A stretch of 64,000 bases of DNA from an uncultured bacterium (GCA_963765625.1 CAVXXD010000013.1:172921-236920), one strand, 5' to 3'; positions 29,653 to 40,370 are shown, counted from the first letter of the stretch. The notes: a model not told the origin generated them from the sequence alone. Numbers and translations: made by a program.

Positions 29653-30210
29653 TCAGGCGGGAACCCAGCCCAGGAACTTCACCCCTTCTTGGTACCCTTC
29701 CCCACCGGACTCCCGCACCTTGACGAAGATGAGTTCAGTGCGGCCGTTCACCAGGTAGTAACCGTAGACCGGGGTCTCCGAGCGCTCGTACTCCGTGATG
29801 TCCTTGACTTCGATGGAGAAACCGTCGGGGGAAGTCTCACCGGTGATCGGGTCGAGCTCGGTGACCTCTTCCGGCGTGAGGTACTCATGGAAGTAGACAC
29901 TGACGTTGCTCCCCCCCTCAACCTCCTCGACGGTCTCGTAGAAGCGTGCGATGGCTACACCGCTGCCACTCCCTTCGGGCATGTTCATAACCCGGCCGTC
30001 CTCGAGGTAGATGTCCTCAATCTCGTCTGCCGGCCCGATGACCATGATGGGGTCATAGGTAGGGGTCTTCAGGTAGCCGGGGACCCAGAGGTACTTGTAA
30101 AGAAGCAGTCCACCGAAGATCACGGCGATCACAATCGGCATGACGATGACTATGGCCGGTACGTTCTCCAGTTTCTTTTTCGTCTTTTCCATCGAGTTGT
30201 TGTCCGCCAT
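29653..30210 (-). CDS. Hypothetical membrane-anchored protein
   Basis: Single N-terminal TM helix, acidic extracellular domain; high-GC3 codon pattern. Confidence 0.6.
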   Translation of the reverse strand: MADNNSMEKTKKKLENVPAIVIVMPIVIAVIFGGLLLYKYLWVPGYLKTPTYDPIMVIGPADEIEDIYLEDGRVMNMPEGSGSGVAIARFYETVEEVEGGSNVSVYFHEYLTPEEVTELDPITGETSPDGFSIEVKDITEYERSETPVYGYYLVNGRTELIFVKVRESGGEGYQEGVKFLGWVPA

Positions 30211-30376
30211 TTTTCCCGCGCCCGACCCTTCCTTTAAGACCCTTGGGTTCTGATGATAATTCTGGTGTATCCACGCGGGGATGTCAAAGCTTCACCGCGT
30301 TGTCCCAGGGCAGGAAAAATATGTTATCATCGCGATAAGGGTGGTTTTTGACTCGCGGTAGAAGGAGTGCGGACAT

Positions 30377-31621
30377 ATGAAGCTTCGCATGAAGGCGGCT
30401 CTGATAATCGGCGTTACTTTTCTCGTCATCTTCGTGGCGGTCGGCGTCATCCTGAACATCCTGATGATGGACCAGTTGGAGGAGCACGAGGACGACATGG
30501 TCACCGGCTATGCCGAGAGGGCGCAGATGTCCCTGTCCGCGGCCATCGACAACCTGGACACCACCCTGCTGGAATGGGCGAACTGGGACGATCCGTATTA
30601 CTTCATGGAAGACCGCAACCAGGAATTCATCGACGAATATCTGATTTATGACAGCTTCTACAGTTCGGGAGTGAACATGTTCGCGATGGCCACGCTCTCC
30701 GGAGAGATGGTGCGGGAAAGTTATTACGACTTCGAGGCCGGAGAAGAAGCGCCGGTCCCACCGGACCTCGAAGGACGCCTGGTGCCCGGCGACCCGCGCC
30801 TGTCACTCAATTCGGGGGATCCTGCCGTCCAGGGAATCCTGTCAACCTCCGAAGGGACCATGCTCGTTGCCTCCAACCCCATCCTCACCACCACGGGCGA
30901 AGGGCCCATAGCCGGAGTGATGATGATGGGCCGCCTGTTGACCGAGGAAGAACTGGGCGGCTTGCGAGAGATGACCGGCCTCGACCTCTATTTCCATCCG
31001 GTAGGCTCGCCCGAGGTTCCCGAAAAAGTCGCCGATCAGCTTCTGGCCGGCGATGACGTGGTCGTCTACCCCGTAGATAACGACGTCGTGGCAGGTTACG
31101 CCATGGTTGACGACGTCTACGGCGAACCCGCCCTGGTGCTGGAGATAAGGGAAGCGCGCACCGTCTACGACCAGGGAAAGACCTTCCAGGCTTACATGAT
31201 CATCTCCCTGATAATCGTGGCCCTGCTCTTTGCCCTCGCCCTGATCCTGCTGCTGGAGTTGTCGGTGATCCGGCCGGCCGAGAGGCTCGATGCCTCCCTC
31301 CAGGAGATCGGTGAAGAAAGCGACCTGTCGGCCCGTGTCGAGGTGAAAGGCAACGACGAGCTGGCCAGCCTGGCAAGATCCATAAATACCATGCTGACCA
31401 AGCTGGAGGATTCCCAGTACGAGATCACCCGCAACGAGCACGATCACGAGGACCTGGTCCGCCAGCTGGACGAGGCCACGGCAAAAGTCATGCAAGGTGA
31501 CCTGGAAGTCAAGCTGGACATCACGGAAGGCGAACGGTTCGAGGGCCTGAAGCGCTCCGTCCAGGAGATGATCGACGGCCTCAACCGCATGATGAACAAG
31601 TCCACCGGCCTGGAAGAATGA
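30377..31621 (+). CDS. CHASE4 + HAMP membrane sensor with no output domain
   Basis: TM; EWANWDDPYYF, PILTTTGEGPIAGVMMMGR (CHASE4); TM; GNDELASLARSINTML (HAMP). Confidence 0.78.
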   Translation: MKLRMKAALIIGVTFLVIFVAVGVILNILMMDQLEEHEDDMVTGYAERAQMSLSAAIDNLDTTLLEWANWDDPYYFMEDRNQEFIDEYLIYDSFYSSGVNMFAMATLSGEMVRESYYDFEAGEEAPVPPDLEGRLVPGDPRLSLNSGDPAVQGILSTSEGTMLVASNPILTTTGEGPIAGVMMMGRLLTEEELGGLREMTGLDLYFHPVGSPEVPEKVADQLLAGDDVVVYPVDNDVVAGYAMVDDVYGEPALVLEIREARTVYDQGKTFQAYMIISLIIVALLFALALILLLELSVIRPAERLDASLQEIGEESDLSARVEVKGNDELASLARSINTMLTKLEDSQYEITRNEHDHEDLVRQLDEATAKVMQGDLEVKLDITEGERFEGLKRSVQEMIDGLNRMMNKSTGLEE

Positions 31622-31631
31622 GCCCGATCTT

Positions 31632-32078
31632 ATGAGTATACGCAACCGGATGTTCCTGGCGATGGGTTATCTCCACCGCCTGCTGTACCTCGTGCCGGGG
31701 CTGGGCGACCGCCTGGTGCGGGGGATCTGCGCCGGTATCGCTTTCCTGTATATCCGCTCCCCCTACGGCATCAAGGACTTCGTCTCCATGGACGAGTTCC
31801 GACGCCGCTTCGAGGGGTTGGTGGAGATGGGGGGCCTCCCCGCCGTGGTCACCGGCCACGACGATGACAGGCTGCAACTGGTGGTGGACCCTTGCCCCTA
31901 CGGTTTCAGCAAACCGGAGCACCGGGGGGTCTGCCGGGCTGCCATGTACATGGACGAGAGGATGTACGCCTACTGTGGTGCGACGCTGGTGATCGACGAG
32001 AGCCTCCCGGACGGCGACCCCGTCTGCAAGTGCTCCATCTACGCGCCGGGCAAAGCTCCTTCCACCACCGGCAAGTAA
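31632..32078 (+). CDS. Hypothetical protein, ATC-hydrolase/4VR-like Cys-containing domain
   Basis: VDPCPYG, VCRA, ESLPDGDPVCKC. Confidence 0.55.
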   Translation: MSIRNRMFLAMGYLHRLLYLVPGLGDRLVRGICAGIAFLYIRSPYGIKDFVSMDEFRRRFEGLVEMGGLPAVVTGHDDDRLQLVVDPCPYGFSKPEHRGVCRAAMYMDERMYAYCGATLVIDESLPDGDPVCKCSIYAPGKAPSTTGK

Positions 32079-32255
32079 TCGGAACGGCCGTTTTGTCTTC
32101 CGGCCCCGGCGTGATAGGATTACTTCATTGAAAGGCGCTTACGGGGGCAATCACTCGCAGTTTATTTAATCACATCTCACTATTCACGTTGAACCGGCTT
32201 TCCCTTTTACGGGATTTAAAGTTATTGGTAAGCAGGGAATGTGGAGGTGATGCGA

Positions 32256-32600
32256 ATGGCTTTGGAAACGGCTGACGTTTTCGGGTTGATGTCCGCTGCC
32301 TACCGGACAGGGCTGCTGGACAAGGCGCTTCCCCTGGTCGGTGAGGCGATCAGCGGATGCCAGGAGGACACCGGCCTCGATTTCGGGGACCTCATGAACA
32401 AGCTGGATGAAGCGAAAAGCAGGACCATTATCAAGCTTGACCGGCTCCTCGGAAAGTCCGGCCCAATCTTGCGCCTGGCTTCGAACGAGCGCCTGCTGGC
32501 CCTTCTTTCCAGGATCATGGACTTCGGTGCGGTACGTAAGGCGACCTCGCTGTTGCTTCGCAAGAGCCTGGTGCTGGTGGTGGGGGGGATGAAACCATGA
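32256..32600 (+). CDS. Hypothetical protein, first gene of oxidoreductase operon
   Basis: GGAGGT RBS; stop overlaps next start (ATGA). Confidence 0.55.
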   Translation: MALETADVFGLMSAAYRTGLLDKALPLVGEAISGCQEDTGLDFGDLMNKLDEAKSRTIIKLDRLLGKSGPILRLASNERLLALLSRIMDFGAVRKATSLLLRKSLVLVVGGMKP

Positions 32601-34072
32601 GAGCGAGACTCGAAGCCATCGTGAGCCCCGGCGCCGTCTCCGACGATCCCCAGGCGCTGGCCGGATACACCGCCTGCCTCGGTCCGGTGAAGCCGGGGAT
32701 GCCGGGCAAGCCCCTGCTGGTGGTCAAGCCGGCGAACACGAGCGAGGTGCAGGCCGTCGTCAGGCTGGCCAACGAGATGGGCCTCAACCTCATCCCCGTC
32801 TCCTCGGGGACTCCACGCTTTCACGGCGGAACCGTCCCGTCCGGTGACGGCGTCATCGTCGACCTGTCGGGAATGGATTCCATCATCCGCATCAACGGCC
32901 TCCACAAGGTAGCCATCATCGAGCCGGGGGTGACCTTCTCCCGGCTAAAGCTGGAAGCCGAAAAGCACGGCCTCAAGCCGCTGATGCCCCTGCTGCCCCG
33001 AGCAACCAAGTCGGTGCTCGCCTCCTACCTCGAGAGGGAGCCCATCACCACGCCGCGCTACCACTGGGACATGACCGACCCCATCCTCTGCACCGAACTG
33101 GTGTTCGGCACCGGCGACCTCATGCGCACGGGCTCGGCGGCAGGGCCCGGCCCGCTGGAGATGCAGTGGGACAGGCAGATACAGCAGAAGAACCCGACGG
33201 GAGGGCCGGGTGCCATCAACTTCGTCCAGCTCTTCCAGGCGGCCCAGGGATCAATGGGCATCGCCACCTGGGCTTCGATCAAGCTGGAGATGATGCCCCG
33301 GGCGCGCAAGCTCCACTTCGTTCCCGAGACGGACCTCGCGAAACTGATCGGCTTCTCCTACCGCATGCTCCGTCTCAAGCTGGGAGACGAGTTTCTCATC
33401 CTGAGCGGACTGGCCCTTGCCAGCATCCTGGCGGAGGGCCCGGCGGAGATAAGGGCCCTGGCGGAGAAGCAGGCCCCTTACGTCCTGGTCTACTGCACGG
33501 CCGGCTATCAGCACTTCCCCGAGAAGCGCGTCGACTACCAGGAGCAGGACATCGCCGTTGCGGCCCAGCATTACGGTGTGGTACCGAGGAGCGAAGTACC
33601 CGGCGCCACCGCCCGGCGGATGCTGGAGATACTCGACAACCCCTCACCCGACCCCTACTGGAAGCTTCGCCTCGCGGGCGGGTTCCGCGAGATCTCCTTC
33701 CTGACCACCATGGACCGGGCCCCTTCTTTCATCGAACTGATGAACGGCAAAGCGGCCAAGGCCGGCTTCCCGGCAGGCGATATCGCCGTCTACCTCCAGC
33801 CGATCCAGCAGGGAAGAAGCTGCCACCTGGAGTTCGACCTCCTCTACGACCCCACCCACGCCGCAGAGGCGGCGCGAGTGGAAGAGCTGTACGACGAAGC
33901 CGGGCGCGCCCTGCGCGACGCCGGGGCCTTCTTCTCGCGTCCTTACGGGCCCCTGGCCGACCTGGCATACGCCGAGTGCCCGGACACCGTCAGGACCTTG
34001 AAAAAGGTGAAGGCGATATTCGACCCCAACCGCGTCATGAACCGCGGGCGGCTCTGCTTCGAGGAGGTGTAA
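32597..34072 (+). CDS. FAD-binding oxidoreductase (GlcD/VAO-like)
   Basis: VVKPANTSEVQAVV, IVDLSGMD, IEPGVT, QGSMGI, KAIFDPNRVMNRG. Confidence 0.85.
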   Translation: MRARLEAIVSPGAVSDDPQALAGYTACLGPVKPGMPGKPLLVVKPANTSEVQAVVRLANEMGLNLIPVSSGTPRFHGGTVPSGDGVIVDLSGMDSIIRINGLHKVAIIEPGVTFSRLKLEAEKHGLKPLMPLLPRATKSVLASYLEREPITTPRYHWDMTDPILCTELVFGTGDLMRTGSAAGPGPLEMQWDRQIQQKNPTGGPGAINFVQLFQAAQGSMGIATWASIKLEMMPRARKLHFVPETDLAKLIGFSYRMLRLKLGDEFLILSGLALASILAEGPAEIRALAEKQAPYVLVYCTAGYQHFPEKRVDYQEQDIAVAAQHYGVVPRSEVPGATARRMLEILDNPSPDPYWKLRLAGGFREISFLTTMDRAPSFIELMNGKAAKAGFPAGDIAVYLQPIQQGRSCHLEFDLLYDPTHAAEAARVEELYDEAGRALRDAGAFFSRPYGPLADLAYAECPDTVRTLKKVKAIFDPNRVMNRGRLCFEEV

Positions 34073-34073
34073 G

Positions 34074-35354
34074 ATGGCCCTGGTAGACTACGAACGGGAC
34101 ATGGCCGGTTGCTCCCGCAACTCCTACTGCAAGTTCATGCCCTGGAACAAGGCGCAGAGCTGGCGGTTCGCCAACCTCTGCCCCGCCGTGACCCGCTTCA
34201 ACTTCCACGCCTACTCGGGAGGGGGCAGGTTGAACATGGGCCTCTCCCTGGTGCAGGGGCGCAGCGAACTGACCGAAGGGGTGGCGGAGATTATCTACCG
34301 CTGCCAGCTCTGCGGAGCTTGCGACATGGCCTGCAAGGTGTTCAAGGACGACTTCGACATCACCGTGATCCTGATGGAGCTGCGGGCCCACTGCGTGGAG
34401 TCGGGCCAGCTCATCCCCGAGCACATGCTGATGATCGATAACTTGAAGAAAGAAGGGAACGTCATCGGCGGGCCCAGGGCGGACCGCGGCGCCTGGGCTA
34501 AGGGCCTGGGGCTTGCGGACATAAACCGCGAGAAGGCCGACGTCCTGTTCCACGCCGGGTGCCGCTACTCCTACGACGAGGACCTGTGGCCGGTGGTCCG
34601 CGGCGCCGTGCGCCTGATGCAGGCCGCCGGGGCCGACGTGGGCATCGCCGGGGCCGAGGAGTCCTGCTGCGGCGGGCGCGCCTACGAACTGGGCTTCCGG
34701 GGCGAGGCGGAGAACTACGCCGACGACATGCTCTCTCGCATCAAGGCGTCGGGCGCCTCCACCCTGGTCACCTGCTGCTCCGACGGGTACGCCCACTTCC
34801 GCTACCTCTATCCCAAAATGGGCAAGACCCCGCCGGTGGAGGTGCTGCATATCACCGAGTACCTCAACCGCGCCATCGGGCAGGGCCGCCTCCGCCTGAA
34901 GTACCCTGTCCCCATGCAGGTCACCTGGCACGACCCCTGCCACCTCGGCAGGATGAGCGAGCCCTACACCGGCGAGTGGACGGGCGACAAGCTCGAGCGG
35001 CCCATGGACATGAAGCGCACCGGCCGCAAGGGTTGCTACGAGCCGCCGCGGGAGATCCTCGAGTCCATACCCGGCGTGCGCCTGGTGGAGATGGAACGCA
35101 TCAAGGAGTGCGCCTGGTGCTGCGGTGCGGGCGGCGGCGTACTGGAGGCCTATCCCGAATACGGCCTATGGACGGCCGGGGAGCGGCTAGCGGAAGCGGA
35201 GTCAACCGGTGCCGACGCCCTGGTAACTTCCTGCCCCTGGTGCGAGCGGAATTTCTCCGACGCCCTGGCCGCCAACGGGTCCCGCCTGAAAATGTACGAC
35301 CTGACAGAGCTGGTGTGCAGGTCCGCCGGTCTCGCAGAAGAAGGGAGGGGATGA
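34074..35354 (+). CDS. Fe-S protein with CCG domains (GlcF/HdrD-like)
   Basis: CQLCGACDMAC, ESCCG, WHDPCHLGR, WCCGAGGG, TSCPWC. Confidence 0.88.
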   Translation: MALVDYERDMAGCSRNSYCKFMPWNKAQSWRFANLCPAVTRFNFHAYSGGGRLNMGLSLVQGRSELTEGVAEIIYRCQLCGACDMACKVFKDDFDITVILMELRAHCVESGQLIPEHMLMIDNLKKEGNVIGGPRADRGAWAKGLGLADINREKADVLFHAGCRYSYDEDLWPVVRGAVRLMQAAGADVGIAGAEESCCGGRAYELGFRGEAENYADDMLSRIKASGASTLVTCCSDGYAHFRYLYPKMGKTPPVEVLHITEYLNRAIGQGRLRLKYPVPMQVTWHDPCHLGRMSEPYTGEWTGDKLERPMDMKRTGRKGCYEPPREILESIPGVRLVEMERIKECAWCCGAGGGVLEAYPEYGLWTAGERLAEAESTGADALVTSCPWCERNFSDALAANGSRLKMYDLTELVCRSAGLAEEGRG

Positions 35355-35357
35355 GCC

Positions 35358-36998
35358 ATGATGCCCAGGGAAGCATATAAGGAGCTGGAGAAGGTGCTGG
35401 GGCCGGAGAACATCTCCGACGAGCCGGCCCTGCTCGACGCCTACGCCTGGCAACCCGCCTTCAGCGTCAACCCCGACGTCTGGATGCCGCGTCCCGAGGC
35501 CGTCGTCCTTCCCGGCAGCACCGAGGATGTGGTAGCCATCGTCAAGATCTGCAACAAGTACGGCCTCAAGCACAAGGCCCTGTGCCTGGGGTGGGGGGCG
35601 CACGCCGCGCCCGGCTGCGAGGGCGTGGTCCAGCTGGACATGCGACGCATGAACCGCATCCTGGAGATAGACGAAAAAAACCAGTACGTCGTGGTCGAGC
35701 CCTTCGCCGTAGCCGGCCAGATCAACGCCGAAGCCAAGAGGCTCGGCTTTTCCACTCACATGATCTCGGCCGGGGCATCCCACTCCCCCCTGGCCAGTTC
35801 CACCTCGGGGTGGGGCTGCTGCTGGGACGGTGTCTCCATGAGCTGGAGCGCGCGCAACGTCCTGGGTGTGGAGTGGGTCCTCCCCACCGGTGAGGTGCTC
35901 CGGCTGGGATCACTCGACTCCGGCATGGGCTGGTTCTCGGGTGACGGGCCAGGCCCCTCGCTGCGGGGCATCATGCGAGGGCGCGGCGGCGCCTTCGGGG
36001 GGCTGGGGGTGTTCACCAAGTGCGCCCTCAAGCTCTACCACTGGCCGGGGCCGGCCATCAACGTCCCCGAGGGCCTGATGTGGGAGACCACCGGGGAACT
36101 GCCGGAGAACGCCAAGGCCTACATGGCGCTCTTCGCGGACGGTCGCACCCTCTCCGACGCCACCCAGGCCGTGGCCAACGAAGGCATCGGATACCATTCT
36201 TTCGGAGTGGGACTGGGCAACTTCATTTCGGGAATGTGGCCGCACCTGATGCGCAACGAGGCCTTCGGGAAGGCGGACTACCTGCGCAAGATGATGAACG
36301 TCATGCACTACAACTGGGTATGGCTGCTCTGCGCCAACTCCCCCGGGGAACTGGAGTTCCAGGAGATGGTCATCAAGCAAGAGGTGGCCGCGCACGACGG
36401 CATCCTTCTCGACATGGACCAGATCGGCCTGGGCCAGCCGATGTTCTGGGGGTGGATACTCGGCTCCTTCATGGGCGTGGCCACCCGCAACGGCGTCATC
36501 GGGACCATGTGGGGGCAGGACGAAGTCCAGCACGCCATGTACGAGGCACGGGAGCACGGCGGGGAGCCCATTAAAAAGAAGGGCGTGGAGAAGGGTTACG
36601 TCATGAACGACCTGCCCGGCAGCGGCTTCCACTTCTTCCTGGAGGAAGGGGTGGTCAGCCATTACGAGGAGGTGCTCTGGTACGACCATCGCGACCGCAA
36701 ACAGACCCAGGGCGTGGTCGACATGACCACCGAGTTCACCCTGATGAACATGGAATACAACATGGAGCCCGGCCTGGTCTGCGGCGAGCCGGAGATGCGC
36801 ACGCTGTTCGGCCCGATGATGGGGAACTTCCAGGAGTGGCAGAAGAAGATCAAGGCGGCGCTGGACCCCACGGACTCGGCCGACCCCACCATGTACAGCA
36901 CCGAGCAGCCCTTCGACCTCTCCTCCCTTGGCCCGGCCGAACAGGCCAGGGCGAGGCTGCTGATGGAAGAGCTGAAGCTGGAGAAGAAGAAGGAGTGA
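35358..36998 (+). CDS. FAD-binding oxidoreductase (GlcD/VAO-like)
   Basis: VVLPGSTEDV, LDMRRMNRILEID, EWVLPTGE, GPGPSLRG, IKAALDP. Confidence 0.85.
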   Translation: MMPREAYKELEKVLGPENISDEPALLDAYAWQPAFSVNPDVWMPRPEAVVLPGSTEDVVAIVKICNKYGLKHKALCLGWGAHAAPGCEGVVQLDMRRMNRILEIDEKNQYVVVEPFAVAGQINAEAKRLGFSTHMISAGASHSPLASSTSGWGCCWDGVSMSWSARNVLGVEWVLPTGEVLRLGSLDSGMGWFSGDGPGPSLRGIMRGRGGAFGGLGVFTKCALKLYHWPGPAINVPEGLMWETTGELPENAKAYMALFADGRTLSDATQAVANEGIGYHSFGVGLGNFISGMWPHLMRNEAFGKADYLRKMMNVMHYNWVWLLCANSPGELEFQEMVIKQEVAAHDGILLDMDQIGLGQPMFWGWILGSFMGVATRNGVIGTMWGQDEVQHAMYEAREHGGEPIKKKGVEKGYVMNDLPGSGFHFFLEEGVVSHYEEVLWYDHRDRKQTQGVVDMTTEFTLMNMEYNMEPGLVCGEPEMRTLFGPMMGNFQEWQKKIKAALDPTDSADPTMYSTEQPFDLSSLGPAEQARARLLMEELKLEKKKE

Positions 36999-37006
36999 CG
37001 CAGACT

Positions 37007-39430
37007 ATGACCGAAGGAAAACCCGGTCCTCGAGAATCCCGGCCGTCTCTTTCGGTAAGGTGGGGCACGTGGGTCTCCCGGCACCGCTGGTGGGTGCTGG
37101 GTGCCTGGCTGGTGCTCTTCGTCGTGGCCGCCGCGCTATACCCGCACCTGGCTTCGAACCTGTCGGCCCCGGACTACAGCGTGACCGGGTCCGACTCCGC
37201 CGAGGTCACCAGGATAATCGGCACCGACTTCACCGCGGCCGGAGCCGAACAGGACGTCATCGTCTTCAACTCGGAGACGCTGACGGTCACTGACCCCGAG
37301 TTCCAGGCGGTGGTGGACGACGTATTGAGCAGTGTTGAAAACCAGCCCGGCGTGGCCTCCATAGTCAGCCCCTACGATCAGGTGGCCGGAGGTGCGCAGT
37401 TCTCCAGCGACATGACCGCTGCCTTCGCTTCCCTGGGCTTGAACGGTGACGACCGGGAACGGGCCACGCGGTCGGCGGACATGGAAGAGCTGGTCGAAGC
37501 GGCTGCCGCCTCGACGCCGGTCGAGGCTTACCTGACGGGCTACTCGCAGTCGTCCAACGATCTCACCGAGGTGGAGAACGCAGACGTCGAGAGGGCCGAG
37601 TCCATCGGCATCCCGATCGCCCTGATCGTCCTCATCCTGGCCCTGGGTGCCGTCATCGCCGGCATCGTCCCCCTGGTCGTCGCCCTCGTCAACCTGACGT
37701 TCGTCTACGGGCTGCTCTCGCTGCTGCTTTTCTTCCGGCCTATCGACGCGTTCCTGCTCTCGGTCGTCACCATGATCGGTGTCGGCATCTCCATCGACTA
37801 CTCCCTCTTCGTTCTGACCCGATTCCGCGAGGAGCACGCCAAAGCACTGAGGGAGGGCAAAGAAGAACCGGAGACCATCGCCGTAGGTATCGCCCTGCGG
37901 ACCAGCGGCCGGACCATCATCTTCTCGGGCACCATCGTGATGATCTCACTGTTCTCGCTGTTCATCGTGAAGTCACCGATCTTCGTGGGGATGGCCTTGG
38001 GGGCCGTGATCGTAGTGATATGCACCTTGTTCGCCTCGTGGACGTTCCTGCCGGCCTTCCTCGCGGTCCTCGGTGAGCGTATGAACAAATGGTCTTTGCC
38101 CAAAAACTGGCAGCCGGCGGATGCCGCCGACATTGAAGCAGCCAAAGTCAGCGGCTGGGCCAGGTGGGCCCGCTACGTCCTCAAGCATCCTTGGATGGCC
38201 CTTCCCGCCGCCGCCCTGCTGATCCTGTTCGCCCTGCCCACGTTGGGCATGGCCCTGGGGATCGACCTGGGTCTAGCATCCATCTCCGAAACTCCCACCG
38301 GGAAGGCAGAGATCATCCTGACCGAGAAGTTCACCCCCGGCCTGCTCTCGCCCGTACAGATCCTGGTGACCCACATGACCGTAGGGGAGCTGAACTCTGA
38401 CGACTATGCGGTCATCAAGGAGCTGACGGATTCCCTGCGGGCCGACGGCCGCGTGGCCACGGCCTACTCCATCTCGACGGTGGGTGATCAGGTGCAGGCC
38501 GAACTGACCCCCGAGCAGCTGGACATGATCAAGCAGACGCAGGGCCAGTTGACCTGGAGGCAGCTGGACATGCTCAAGCAGAAAGTGGAAGCGCGGATGA
38601 CTCCCGAGCAGGAGGATCTGGTCGATGAGGCCAGGCAGATGCTGGAACAGATGGTCAACATAGACAAAGGGTCCTACCGCACCATCATCACCGCCGTAAC
38701 CAAGGCGCCCATCGATTCCAGGGACGCGACGGACCTGATCCGCGATATCCGGGACGACATGATCCCGTCGTACGAAGCCTCCGGCAATCTCCAGATCCAG
38801 GTGGGCGGGTCGACGGCCCAGTTCGAGGACCTTGGCAACGAGACGCTCAGCAAACTGCCCTGGGTCATGTTGATAGTGCTGACGCTGTCCTTCCTCTACT
38901 TGTTGCTGATCTTCCGCAGCTTACTCATCCCGGCCAAGGCGGTAATCATGAACCTGCTGGCCACCTTCGCCGCCTTCGGCCTGACCACCTGGGTATTCGC
39001 CGATGGCCACCTCGAAGGCCTTTTCGGTTTCACCAGCGTCGGGTTCGTCCAGACCTACCTGCCGGTGATGGTGTTCGCGCTGCTGTTCGGCCTGTCCATG
39101 GACTACGAGGTGTTCCTGGTCGGACGCATGCATGAGCAGTGGCTGCTTACGCATGACAACGACGACGCCATCGTGACCGGGGTTGCCCATACCGGGAGGA
39201 CCATCACCGCGGCGGCGGCCATCATGGCCGCGGTGTTCGGCTGCTTCCTCGTGGCCGACGTGCTGGAGCTTAAGGAGTTCGGCTTCGCCCTGGCCATCGC
39301 GGTCATCCTGGACGCCACCATCGTCCGGCTGCTCCTGGTGCCGGCGATCATGAAACTAGCGGGCGGGGAGGCCAACTGGTGGATACCGAAATGGTTGGAG
39401 AAGATCCTGCCCGAGATCAAGGTGGAATAG
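37007..39430 (+). CDS. MMPL family (RND) transporter
   Basis: GVGISIDYSLFVLTRFREE, TSGRTIIFSG, FGLSMDYEVFL, LDATIVRLLLVPA. Confidence 0.92.
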   Translation: MTEGKPGPRESRPSLSVRWGTWVSRHRWWVLGAWLVLFVVAAALYPHLASNLSAPDYSVTGSDSAEVTRIIGTDFTAAGAEQDVIVFNSETLTVTDPEFQAVVDDVLSSVENQPGVASIVSPYDQVAGGAQFSSDMTAAFASLGLNGDDRERATRSADMEELVEAAAASTPVEAYLTGYSQSSNDLTEVENADVERAESIGIPIALIVLILALGAVIAGIVPLVVALVNLTFVYGLLSLLLFFRPIDAFLLSVVTMIGVGISIDYSLFVLTRFREEHAKALREGKEEPETIAVGIALRTSGRTIIFSGTIVMISLFSLFIVKSPIFVGMALGAVIVVICTLFASWTFLPAFLAVLGERMNKWSLPKNWQPADAADIEAAKVSGWARWARYVLKHPWMALPAAALLILFALPTLGMALGIDLGLASISETPTGKAEIILTEKFTPGLLSPVQILVTHMTVGELNSDDYAVIKELTDSLRADGRVATAYSISTVGDQVQAELTPEQLDMIKQTQGQLTWRQLDMLKQKVEARMTPEQEDLVDEARQMLEQMVNIDKGSYRTIITAVTKAPIDSRDATDLIRDIRDDMIPSYEASGNLQIQVGGSTAQFEDLGNETLSKLPWVMLIVLTLSFLYLLLIFRSLLIPAKAVIMNLLATFAAFGLTTWVFADGHLEGLFGFTSVGFVQTYLPVMVFALLFGLSMDYEVFLVGRMHEQWLLTHDNDDAIVTGVAHTGRTITAAAAIMAAVFGCFLVADVLELKEFGFALAIAVILDATIVRLLLVPAIMKLAGGEANWWIPKWLEKILPEIKVE

Positions 39431-39455
39431 GCCTATACCATTTCTTTAGAAATAC

Positions 39456-39486
39456 AAAAGCCCCGGTGTTAACCGGGGCTTGTTTC
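39456..39486. terminator. Bidirectional terminator
   Basis: AAAAGCCCCGGT-GTTA-ACCGGGGCTTGTTT between convergent genes. Confidence 0.7.
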
Positions 39487-39511
39487 TGTCGTGCGCCTGT
39501 CCGGGCAATCC

Positions 39512-40370
39512 CTACGGTATGTACCCCACCACGTCGTGGCCGCCGGTCCACTCCCCGCGGAAGTTGAAGTACATGGGCCGCTCCACGATGACCGGCTGGG
39601 AGGAAGAGATCCCGGCGCAGAGGGAGAGCTCCGTTCCCGCGTCAGTGTTGACGTTGACGGTGTAACGGGAGTTGGCCGGCACGGTGATGGGGGCTTTGAC
39701 GATGGGAGCACCGCCCTCGGGATAGTAGGTGATGGTCACCTGGGCGGCGGCGGCTCCGGCATTCTGGATGCACAGCCACTCCTCGAACCCGGTCCCGGTG
39801 TAACCCTCGGCGAAGAACCAATCGGTAGACTGATTGGTAGCTCCGATAACACAGTGTCCCCCGGTCCATCCCCAGGAAGCCGTACCCTGGTAATTGAAGT
39901 ACATGGGGCGCTCGGCAGGAAGTCGGAGGCCGAGGAGAGGTGGGCGCTGACGTCCTGGTCCGTGCCGACCTCGGTGGGGACGTAGACGGTCACGCGGGTA
40001 CCGGCGGGTATGTTGTAGCTTTTGGGGACCGGGGCACCCGAGCCCAGCTGGTAGAGGGCATCGACGGTGATGGCGGTGGTCCCCGGGTTCTGCAAGGTCA
40101 GCCATTCCTCGAACCCGGTCCCGGTGTAGCCCTCGGCGAAGTAGTAGTCCCTGGCCAGGGAGGGCACGCCCATCACACAATGTCCTCCCGTCCACCCCCA
40201 TGAACCGGTGCCCTGGTAGCTGAAGTACATGGGGCGCTCGGCCACCACCGGTTGGCTGGAGAGCAGCGCGAGTGAGGCCTGATAGCTCTGGCCTCCCAGC
40301 AGGTCGTTGGCCTTGAAGGTGGCCCGGGAATGGGCGGGGACGGTGTAGACGCCGGCCGGTATCACCTCGC
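39512..40370 (-). pseudogene. 5'-truncated fragment with ~2.5 YFAEG surface repeats (indel near 39915)
   Basis: ERPMYFSY...WTGGH, YYFAEGYTGTGFEEWL, WFFAEGYTGTGFEEWL; no signal peptide or credible start. Confidence 0.75.
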
